Positions 54,029-62,289 of a DNA stretch of 64,000 nucleotides are shown in pieces. The notes below the pieces were generated by a model. It ran no database searches. It was not told where the DNA came from and was given only the letters and a program-made list of their open reading frames with translations. The stretch's first letter is position 1, and each line of letters begins with the position of its first letter. The stretch spans positions 3,299-67,298 of the forward strand of contig DATEZD010000177.1 of the NCBI GenBank assembly GCA_035255865.1, given 5' to 3'. The translations under genes and the position numbers were made by a program. This DNA comes from Candidatus Udaeobacter sp. (lineage in GTDB: Bacteria > Verrucomicrobiota > Verrucomicrobiia > Chthoniobacterales > UBA10450).

Positions 54029-54040
54029 GGACTAGTATTT

Positions 54041-54074
54041 ATTTCGGATTTCGGATTTGGGATTTCGGATTTGG
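54041..54074. repeat. Tandem heptamer repeat (gatttcg/gatttgg x5) between the spike and PAAR-like genes
   Basis: atttcggatttcggatttgggatttcggatttgg runs directly into the ggagg SD of the PAAR-like gene. An 18-nt reverse-complement copy (aaatccgaaatccgaaat) lies at 44594-44611 inside payload 1. Confidence 0.75.
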
Positions 54075-54086
54075 AGGAACTTAGAG

Positions 54087-54407
54087 ATGCCGGGCTTCGT
54101 TCTCCATCTCGGTGCGACAGTGATGTGCACGCACGGCGGACAAGCGCAGCCGACTGCACCGAATCCGCGCGTGCTGGTCAGCGGCCAGCCCGTCACGACT
54201 CAAGCGCCGCCATACGTCATCGCTGGTTGTCCCTTTGTTCCGCCCGGTGGCAACGGGCCGTGCGTCACGGCACAATGGATCATCGCCGCCACGCGGGTGC
54301 TGGCTGGCGGACAACCGGTGTTGACTCAAACCAGCGTCGCGATCTGCACACCAACTGGCACGCCGTTGAACGTCGTCGTCACACAAACCCGAGTAACCGC
54401 CACATGA
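54087..54407 (+). CDS. PAAR-like / DUF4280-like spike-tip protein
   Basis: 106 aa, Cys-containing and beta-rich (VMCTHGGQAQP...AGCPF...GPCVTAQW...AICTPTG), immediately after the spike gene. It has no literal PAAR motif. Start set at MPGFVL. Confidence 0.6.
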   Translation: MPGFVLHLGATVMCTHGGQAQPTAPNPRVLVSGQPVTTQAPPYVIAGCPFVPPGGNGPCVTAQWIIAATRVLAGGQPVLTQTSVAICTPTGTPLNVVVTQTRVTAT

Positions 54408-54769
54408 GCCAGGTGGATTATCCATTCAGTTTCGACAATCGCGGCCGCACTTCGGACACGGCGTTAGACGATCACATTCGCGATTTGATCGAGCAGGTGT
54501 TGTTCACGTCACCGGGCGAGCGCGTGAATCGCCCCACATTCGGCTGCGGCTTGAATCAACTCGTCTTTGCGCCGAACAGCCCTGAGCTCGCGGCCGCGAC
54601 GCAGTTCCTGGTGCAAGGCTCCTTGCAACAGTGGCTCGGCGATTTGATCGTCGTGGACTCGGTGGAGGTCGAGAGCGTGGACTCGACGTTGCGCGTGACG
54701 ATTTCCTACGTCGTGCGCCGAACGCAGACGCCGCAAACCGCAGTGTTCATGCAAGGAGGCGGCGCATGA
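54404..54769 (+). CDS. Baseplate wedge protein GPW/gp25 family
   Basis: Start trimmed to MSQVDYPF. IRDLIEQVLFTSPGERVNRPTFGCGL is the gp25 signature. It has ATGA overlaps on both sides. Confidence 0.85.
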   Translation: MSQVDYPFSFDNRGRTSDTALDDHIRDLIEQVLFTSPGERVNRPTFGCGLNQLVFAPNSPELAAATQFLVQGSLQQWLGDLIVVDSVEVESVDSTLRVTISYVVRRTQTPQTAVFMQGGGA

Positions 54770-57357
54770 TTTACTTCTGCTGCACCGAGCTGCGTCGCGA
54801 CGCGGTGAAGCAATCCGCCAATCTAAACGGAATTGATTTCCTCGAGGTGCTGGACGATCCAGCGCTGCCGAACGACCAACGCCAGCGCAAACTCTTCGTG
54901 CATTTTTTGAAGGCACTCGCGCCGAACGCGCTGAAAAAAGAAAATATCCGCATCGATGGTGGCGAACGCATCACGAACATTGGCGTCGTGAGCATCAGCG
55001 CGAGCGCGGAAGTTCTCACCGTAGAAGTGGACAAGCCGGGCGATTTTTCGCTCTACACACTGCGCCTGCTTAAAGACGCGTCATCCACAGATCCTGACGA
55101 ACCGCCGCCTGATGGTTTCGATCCGTTGCTGTCGGCTGTGGAATTTTCATTCAAGGTCGAATGCCCGAACGATTTTGACTGCAAGCCCACGCGTGAGTGT
55201 CCGCCCGAACAGCGCACTGAACCGGACATCAATTATCTGGCAAAGGATTACAGCAGCTTTCGCCAACTAATGCTCGACCGGATGTCGGCGCTGATGCCAC
55301 AGTGGCGAGAGCGGAACGCGGCGGATCTCGGGATCGCGCTGGTCGAGTTATTGGCGTACGTCGGGGACCATCTATCCTATCAACAGGATGCCATTGGCAC
55401 GGAAGCGTATCTCGGCACTGCCCGGCGGCGTGTCTCCATCCGCCGGCACGCGCGGCTCGTGGACTATCGGATGCACGACGGCTGCAACGCACGCGCGTGG
55501 GTGCAGGTGAGCGTGAACGCTGACTCGGTTTTCGTTCCGCAGCACACGCAACTGTTCACCCAGCTGAACGACCAACAAGTACGCATCCCGACCGAGCCGC
55601 AAGCGTACAATCGCGCGCTGGCGCAGCATCCAACTGTGTTCGAGACGATGCACGACGCGACGCTGTTCGCTGCGCACAACCAGATCGATTTTTACACGTG
55701 GGGCGAACACGAATGCTGTCTGCCCAGAGGCGTTACGCGCGCAACGCTGCGCGACATCGATGATCCAAAAGATCCGGACAAACGCCTGCGTCTGTGCGTC
55801 GGGGACGTGCTAATTTTCGAAGAACGCAAGGGGCCCAAGACCGGTAACCCTGCTGACGCCGACCCCGCGCGTCGGCACGCGGTGCGATTAACCAGAGTCA
55901 AGCCCACGACGAAATGCGAAATTGTTGAAGGCATTGAGCAGCGCACGCCCGACGCGCAAGGGCTGACAGATCCGCTCACGAACGAATTGATTGTCGAAAT
56001 CGAGTGGGCAAACGAAGACGCGCTGCCGTTTCCACTGTGTATTTCATCCAAGACAGATAAGGAGCACGGCGACCAAGAAATCGAGCAGGTGAGCGTCGCG
56101 CTCGGCAATATTGTGCTGGCGGATCATGGTATGACGATTGCGAATGAAGCGCTCGGCGACGTGCCGCCGCCGGTTCTTTTTTTTGCGCCCGATGTGAGCG
56201 CGAATCGCTGTGCCGACAATCCGCTCGTGCCAATTCCACCGCGTTATCGCCCCGCGTTGGACAAGTATCCGCTCACACAAATTGGTCGTGTGATAAAAAA
56301 GCAAACCGTCGGTGGACGCGAAGAAACTGTGCACGTGCCGTTCGATCCCGACGCACCCGCGGAGAACGCGTTTCGTTGGCACATGGCTGATACGCTGCCG
56401 TGGATTCAATTAACGAGTGTTTATGAAGAGAACCCGGAGGATTGGACGCCACAGAAAGATTTACTGAACAGCGATGGCGAAAAGACCGACTTCGTTGTCG
56501 AGGTCGAGAACGACGGAACAGCACACGTGCGTTTTGGCGACAATGAACATGGTCGGCGTCCCGATTCCGGCACGACGTTCACCGCGGCGTATCGCGTCGG
56601 CAACGGCGTCGCTGGAAATGTCGGTGCGGATTCGCTGGTTCACATCGTCAGCGATGATTCGCGCATTACATCCATGCGCAATCCCATCGCCGCGCACGGT
56701 GGTGTCGAACCCGAGAGCATTGAAGACGTGCGCCAGCGCGCGCCATACGCCTTCCGCACCCAGGAGCGCGCGGTGACCGCGAACGATTACGCGACGATGG
56801 CGCAGCGCGATGTGTTCGTGCAGCGCGCGGCGGGCACCTTCCGCTGGACCGGCAGTTGGCGCACGATGTTTGTGACAATAGATCGCTTCGGCGGGGCAAA
56901 AGTGGACGACGCGTTCAAGCAGGAGATCGAAGATGAACTCGAACCGTATCGCATGGCGGGGCAGGACCTTGACGTGAATGGTCCGATTTACGTCTCTCTC
57001 GAAATCGAGATGCAGGTCTGCGTTAAGCCCGATTATTTCCGCAGCGCGGTGAAACAGGCGCTGCTGGAAATCTTTAGCAATCGCATTTTGCCCGACGGGC
57101 GCCTCGGCGTTTTTCATCCCGACAATTTTACTTTCGGACAGACTGTGTTTCTCAGTCCGCTCTACGCGGCGGCGCAAGCGGTTGAGGGTGTCGAGTCGGT
57201 GGTAATTGCCAAATTTCAGAGGCAGGGCACGGACAGCGATGTCGCACTGAACGCGGAGAAATTGGAACTCGCGCGGTTGGAAATCGCGCGCTGCGACAAC
57301 GACCCGAACTTTCCAGAGCGTGGCGTGTTTCGTTTAACGCTGGATGGAGGCAAATAG
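54766..57357 (+). CDS. Baseplate J-like (gp6/Afp11-like) protein
   Basis: Start trimmed to MIYFCCTELRRDAV. The 863-aa protein contains VTANDYATMAQRDVFVQRAAGTFRWTGSWRTMFVTI, a baseplate-J domain pattern. Confidence 0.8.
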   Translation: MIYFCCTELRRDAVKQSANLNGIDFLEVLDDPALPNDQRQRKLFVHFLKALAPNALKKENIRIDGGERITNIGVVSISASAEVLTVEVDKPGDFSLYTLRLLKDASSTDPDEPPPDGFDPLLSAVEFSFKVECPNDFDCKPTRECPPEQRTEPDINYLAKDYSSFRQLMLDRMSALMPQWRERNAADLGIALVELLAYVGDHLSYQQDAIGTEAYLGTARRRVSIRRHARLVDYRMHDGCNARAWVQVSVNADSVFVPQHTQLFTQLNDQQVRIPTEPQAYNRALAQHPTVFETMHDATLFAAHNQIDFYTWGEHECCLPRGVTRATLRDIDDPKDPDKRLRLCVGDVLIFEERKGPKTGNPADADPARRHAVRLTRVKPTTKCEIVEGIEQRTPDAQGLTDPLTNELIVEIEWANEDALPFPLCISSKTDKEHGDQEIEQVSVALGNIVLADHGMTIANEALGDVPPPVLFFAPDVSANRCADNPLVPIPPRYRPALDKYPLTQIGRVIKKQTVGGREETVHVPFDPDAPAENAFRWHMADTLPWIQLTSVYEENPEDWTPQKDLLNSDGEKTDFVVEVENDGTAHVRFGDNEHGRRPDSGTTFTAAYRVGNGVAGNVGADSLVHIVSDDSRITSMRNPIAAHGGVEPESIEDVRQRAPYAFRTQERAVTANDYATMAQRDVFVQRAAGTFRWTGSWRTMFVTIDRFGGAKVDDAFKQEIEDELEPYRMAGQDLDVNGPIYVSLEIEMQVCVKPDYFRSAVKQALLEIFSNRILPDGRLGVFHPDNFTFGQTVFLSPLYAAAQAVEGVESVVIAKFQRQGTDSDVALNAEKLELARLEIARCDNDPNFPERGVFRLTLDGGK

Positions 57358-60106
57358 CCCACGAATGGACACGAATGATTTAACAAAATTGAACGACTGC
57401 GGGTGCTGCGAAGGGCTGATGGGTGAAACACCTGCTGTGATTGATAATCGCCCGGGCTTGACTGCTATTGCCTACCGCGTCGGCACGCACTCGCGTTTCA
57501 AAGCGTCCATGCTCGCGCGGTTGTCTGATCCTGACCTCAGTCAGCTGAAAGCATTGAAGACGCGCGAGGATGACGATTTTTCCATCGCGCTACTCGATGC
57601 GTGGGCATCGGTTGCGGACGTGCTAACTTTTTATCAAGAGCGCATCGCGAACGAAAATTATCTTCGCACCGCGACTGAACGTAATTCAATCCTGCAGCTG
57701 GCGCGCTTGATCGGTTACAAATTGCGTCCCGGTGTCGCGGCGAGCGTGTATCTCGCCTTCACCGTCGAAGACACGTCTCAAGCCACGAATCCGGCGCCCG
57801 TCAATCCCGCGAACCCGCCGCCCGTGTGGAGCGCGGTTGGGACGGCAGTGATCGATATCGGTACGAAGGTGCAAAGCATCCCGGGTCCCAACGAGCAGGC
57901 GCAAACGTTCGAGACGATGGAAAAAATCACGGGGCACGCGGCGTGGAATGCGATGAAAGCACGCCAGACGGGGCCGCAGCCGCTCGCAACAGACATGGAC
58001 AAAATCTTGTTCGAAGGCACGGCGACGAAATTAAACAAGGGCGACGCGCTGCTCATCGTCGTGCCCAATTCATCCGGCAGCACAGATCAGGCGCTGCGCC
58101 GCGTGGCAAGTGTTGAGGGGGATGACAAAAAGCAGCAGACGACCGTGGGACTGGTCACAGCGACCAAACCGAAATTTGCCATCATGCTGCCGATCTATTT
58201 GGAAGGCGGGTTCACCCTCGGCGCGCTGCCCTTTAACGACAACACGGTTGACAATCTGATTTTGAACAAAGCGTGGAATGGGTCCGACCTCGATGCATTT
58301 GCCAAAATACAGGGTTTCTCCATTGACGAGTTGTATGCCAACATCGGCGCCAAATTCAAGAAGCCGACGCCGACACCAGAAAACACCGGCGCGTTTGCAA
58401 TGCGGAAGCGCGCCGCGCTTTTTGGCTACAACGCGCCCGATTGGAATGCAATGGCGTGGCTGACTCGCACGAATTACGGCGACATCTACGATTACACGAC
58501 GCAATTGTGGAAGTTAGATGATTGGCCCGTTTCGAAATTCACCGGCGATACGGCCCATACGCTGTCGCTCGACCAAGTTTACAAAGAAATCAAAGCCGGG
58601 GATTGGGTCGTCGTGGTGCATCCAACCAAGGGCACAGTCATCGCGCCGGTGAAGGACGTCACGGAAACCGCGGCATCGTTTTTTGCCATTAGCGGACAGG
58701 TCACGCAGATCACCTTCGACTCGAGCGTGGATGTCCCGCTCACTACCATGACCGAGCTGCGCCGGACGAGCGTCTATATTGTTCCCGAACAACTGACGCC
58801 TGCCGAGCTCACCGATTCCTCCGACGTCGAAAGCGACTCGATTCAACTGGACGGACCTTACGCGGGACTCTCTGCCGGACAGACCGTCATTGTCAGCGGC
58901 ACCCGCGCCGATCTCGAAGGCGTGGCGGCCGCCGAAGCTGCGGTAATTGCCGATGTCACACTCGCGGGCGGATTTACAACGCTCACGTTGGTGGGCGACC
59001 TTACGAATCCGTACGTCCGCGACACGGTCAGCGTCAACGCAAATGTTGCGCTGGCGACGAATGGTGAAACGACCAGCGAAATTTTAGGGAACGGCGACGC
59101 ATCGCAAGCCTATCAGCAGTTTCAATTGAAACAGTCGCCGCTCACCTATGTCAGTTCGGCGTCGTCCAGTGGCTCAGACTCGACGCTTCAGATTTTCGTG
59201 AATGATCTGCATTGGCACGAGGTGCCGAGCTTGCTCGACGCTGAACCCCGCGACCGCGTTTTTGTCACGCGCGCCAGCGATGACGGCAAGACGACACTTG
59301 AATTTGGCGATGGCAGGATGGGCGCGCGGGTGCCAACGGGACAAGAGAATGTCCGCGCAGTTTATCGTAAAGGCATCGGCACGGGCGGCAACGTCAAGGG
59401 TGGACGATTGAGCTTGCTATTGACGCGGCCGCTCGGCGTCAAAGCGGTCATTAATCCGATTGCCGCCAGCGGCGGCGCAGACTCCGAAAAGTTGGAGGAC
59501 GCGCGATCGAATGCGCCCCTCACTGTGCTGACTTTAGACCGCGTTGTTTCCCTGAGGGATTACGAAGATTTCGCGAGCGGGTTCGCGGGGATTGCCAAAG
59601 CATTGGCGACGTGGACGTGGGATGGGCAAACGCGCGGCGTCTTCGTGACCGTGGCGGGACCGAGCGGCGCGAAGATTCCCGATGGAAGTAAGACGCTGAC
59701 GAACCTCATCGCGGCAATGCAGTCTGCCGGTGATCCGCATGTGCCGTTGCGCGTACAAACATACAGGTCCGGTTTCTTTCGCCTTTCGGCACTCGTTGTT
59801 ATTAATCCCGATTATCAGCAGGACAAAGTGATTGCGGCGGTGACTGATGCGCTGCGCACGGGATTTTCGTTCGACGCACGCGCGTTCGGACAAGGCGTCG
59901 CGCTGAGCCAGGTTGTGGCAGGGATGCAAGCCGTGCCCGGCGTTGACGCGGTGGATGTGACTAAAATGTATCGTGTGGGCGACGCTGCCGACTGGAACGC
60001 GCGTCTCCCTGCGGCCATGCCGCAAGCGGGGGCAGAAGGAACAGTGCAAGCGGCTGAGCTACTGATTCTCGATCCAGGTCCAATTGATTTGGGAGTAATG
60101 TCGTGA
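57344..60106 (+). CDS. Second large baseplate protein with a J-like domain (putative baseplate assembly protein, Afp12-like)
   Basis: LNDCGCCEG...RPGLTAIAYRVGTHSRFKASMLARLS is typical of the putative-baseplate-assembly family. It has a later VSLRDYEDFASGFAGIAKA J-like segment. An alternative start is ATG 57365. Confidence 0.75.
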   Translation: MEANSPRMDTNDLTKLNDCGCCEGLMGETPAVIDNRPGLTAIAYRVGTHSRFKASMLARLSDPDLSQLKALKTREDDDFSIALLDAWASVADVLTFYQERIANENYLRTATERNSILQLARLIGYKLRPGVAASVYLAFTVEDTSQATNPAPVNPANPPPVWSAVGTAVIDIGTKVQSIPGPNEQAQTFETMEKITGHAAWNAMKARQTGPQPLATDMDKILFEGTATKLNKGDALLIVVPNSSGSTDQALRRVASVEGDDKKQQTTVGLVTATKPKFAIMLPIYLEGGFTLGALPFNDNTVDNLILNKAWNGSDLDAFAKIQGFSIDELYANIGAKFKKPTPTPENTGAFAMRKRAALFGYNAPDWNAMAWLTRTNYGDIYDYTTQLWKLDDWPVSKFTGDTAHTLSLDQVYKEIKAGDWVVVVHPTKGTVIAPVKDVTETAASFFAISGQVTQITFDSSVDVPLTTMTELRRTSVYIVPEQLTPAELTDSSDVESDSIQLDGPYAGLSAGQTVIVSGTRADLEGVAAAEAAVIADVTLAGGFTTLTLVGDLTNPYVRDTVSVNANVALATNGETTSEILGNGDASQAYQQFQLKQSPLTYVSSASSSGSDSTLQIFVNDLHWHEVPSLLDAEPRDRVFVTRASDDGKTTLEFGDGRMGARVPTGQENVRAVYRKGIGTGGNVKGGRLSLLLTRPLGVKAVINPIAASGGADSEKLEDARSNAPLTVLTLDRVVSLRDYEDFASGFAGIAKALATWTWDGQTRGVFVTVAGPSGAKIPDGSKTLTNLIAAMQSAGDPHVPLRVQTYRSGFFRLSALVVINPDYQQDKVIAAVTDALRTGFSFDARAFGQGVALSQVVAGMQAVPGVDAVDVTKMYRVGDAADWNARLPAAMPQAGAEGTVQAAELLILDPGPIDLGVMS

Positions 60107-62262
60107 AAGTCGACGTAACCCCGATTTATAATCTGTTGCCCGCAATCTACCGGATTCGCGACGCTGAACTTGGCGAACCGCTCAAGGCGTTTTTATCGGT
60201 GATTGCAGAGCAAGTGGCCGTGCTCGATGAAAATCTTGCACAATCGTACGACGATTTGTTCATCGAGACCTGCGCGCCATGGGTCGTGCCGTACATCGGC
60301 GATCTCATTGGTTATCGCACCATCGAAGGCATTCCCGCGAAAATCAGCAGCCCGCGCGCAGAAGTGGCCAATACGATTGCGTATCGGCGGCGTAAAGGGA
60401 CCGCATCGATGCTCGAACAACTCGCGCGCGACGTGACAGGCTGGGACGCGCGTGTGGTGGAATTTTTTCAACTGCTGGCGACGACGCAATATATGAATCA
60501 TCTGCGGCCAAGAAATTTATACGCCCCTGACTTGCGCCGATGGGAACCGCTCGAACGGCTCGACACGGCGTTCGAAACCACCGCGCATACGCTGGAAGTG
60601 CGACGCATTGCGAGTGGACACGGCAAGTACAATATCCCGAACATCGGCATATTTCTCTGGCGGCTGCGCGCGTACTCGCTGACGGATTCGGCAGCGGCGA
60701 AATTGGACGATCGGCGTTACTTTTTCAGCCCATTGGGAAACAACACGCCGCTGTTCAATTCTCCGGAAACAGAAACAGAGATCACGCATTTAGCGACTCC
60801 GCAAAACGTGCCAATGCCGATCAGCCGCCGCGTGCTGGACGCCTATCTCGACACGTACTATGGCAAGGAGACCGGCAAGAGTATTTTCATCAAAGCCGAT
60901 GACGTAGACATTGATTCGAGTGAAATCGTAGTCTGCAATTTATCGGATACAGCAGGCAATCAGTGGGCGCATACTCCGCCGGAAAAGGGCAAAATTGCCA
61001 TCGATCCTGTGCTGGGCAGGATTGCGTTTGCCGATGCGCCACCCGAGCCGCCGCTGGTGACATTTCATTACGGTTTCAGCGCAGACATGAGCGGCGGCGA
61101 GTACGACCGCGCCGAAACGTTTGACGATGAATTAAAACTGGTTGCGCAGGTTGCCGCACCGGACAAAATTCAGGACGCGCTAGATGGATTGAGCGACACC
61201 GGTGCCGTTGAGGTCACCGATAACGCGCGCTATGACGAGAACCTGACAATTGACGCCGGAGCCGCGGGTAAAATCGAGTTGCGCGCGGCCAATCGCAAAC
61301 GGCCGCACCTGGCGCTAACGAGTGCCTTGCAAATCACCGGCGGCGCGGATGCGCAAGTAACGCTCAACGGTTTCCTCATCAGCGGCAACTTGGTCCAAGT
61401 CAGCGGAAAGCTGGGCAAATTGCGTCTGGTGCATTGCACGCTCGTACCGGGTTGGACGCTGAATGTGGACGGAACACCTGCACAACCAATGGAGCCAAGC
61501 CTCATCGTCGATTCAAGCGGAACGATTGTGGAGATTGACCATTGCATTCTCGGCGGCATCCGCACCGATGAAAGCGCGCGTGTCGTCATCTCCAGCAGCA
61601 TCGTAGATGCGATGGACGAAACAAATGTGGCGTTCGCGGCGGTGAACGAGAAGGATGCGGGCGGCGTCTTGCGCATTGATAACAGCGCGCGGACCGATTG
61701 CGTTGAAAAGGATTCTCAGAGTTGCCCCTCCGGTAGCACCATCATCGGCAAGGTCCATACGCGAGAGATCGAGTTAGCCTCGAATGCGATTTTACTCGCG
61801 CAGTTGGCCAAGAACGACAAATGGCTCGCGCCGATCTGGTCCGAGCGGCAGCAGGAAGGCTGTGTGCGATTTTCTTACGTCCCGCCGCAATCGATCACGC
61901 CCCGCCATTTTCGCTGTCAGCCGGACCTCGCCCGGCAAGCAATTGACGACAAACTGCGCGCAGACGCCAAACAACTCTCGCCCCCGCCGCTACCGGCCAC
62001 GCTCGAGGCTGAAATTCAAGCAGCCAAGGACTCTGAAACGTTGCGGGTCAAACCGCAATTTACTTCACTGCGCTATGGCGATCCTGGCTACGCGCAATTG
62101 AGCCAACGGTGCGCGGTCGAGATTCGCGAAGGCGGAGATAATGAATCGGAAATGGGCGCGTTCAATGAATTGATGCAGCCGCAGCGCGAGACCGATTTAC
62201 GCGTACGACTCGACGAGTATCTGCGCTTCGGATTGGAAGCGGGAATTTTTTACGCCACATGA
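60103..62262 (+). CDS. Phage tail protein I-like N-terminal domain fused to a beta-helix-like region (distal baseplate/fibre-like)
   Basis: GTG start. IYNLLPAIYRIRDAE...FLSVIAEQVAVLDENLAQSYDDLFIETCAPWVVPYIGDLIGY matches the conserved phage-tail-region protein family. The middle section has repetitive segments suggesting a parallel beta-helix. Confidence 0.7.
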   Translation: MKVDVTPIYNLLPAIYRIRDAELGEPLKAFLSVIAEQVAVLDENLAQSYDDLFIETCAPWVVPYIGDLIGYRTIEGIPAKISSPRAEVANTIAYRRRKGTASMLEQLARDVTGWDARVVEFFQLLATTQYMNHLRPRNLYAPDLRRWEPLERLDTAFETTAHTLEVRRIASGHGKYNIPNIGIFLWRLRAYSLTDSAAAKLDDRRYFFSPLGNNTPLFNSPETETEITHLATPQNVPMPISRRVLDAYLDTYYGKETGKSIFIKADDVDIDSSEIVVCNLSDTAGNQWAHTPPEKGKIAIDPVLGRIAFADAPPEPPLVTFHYGFSADMSGGEYDRAETFDDELKLVAQVAAPDKIQDALDGLSDTGAVEVTDNARYDENLTIDAGAAGKIELRAANRKRPHLALTSALQITGGADAQVTLNGFLISGNLVQVSGKLGKLRLVHCTLVPGWTLNVDGTPAQPMEPSLIVDSSGTIVEIDHCILGGIRTDESARVVISSSIVDAMDETNVAFAAVNEKDAGGVLRIDNSARTDCVEKDSQSCPSGSTIIGKVHTREIELASNAILLAQLAKNDKWLAPIWSERQQEGCVRFSYVPPQSITPRHFRCQPDLARQAIDDKLRADAKQLSPPPLPATLEAEIQAAKDSETLRVKPQFTSLRYGDPGYAQLSQRCAVEIREGGDNESEMGAFNELMQPQRETDLRVRLDEYLRFGLEAGIFYAT

Positions 62263-62289
62263 CCAAGACAAACCACAGAGGACCGACCA

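Noticed and set aside
54041-54074. CRISPR array or other spaced-repeat array
   Set aside because: Only 7-nt tandem units without spacers are present. No 25-40-nt repeats at regular spacing were seen anywhere in the window, and there are no cas genes.
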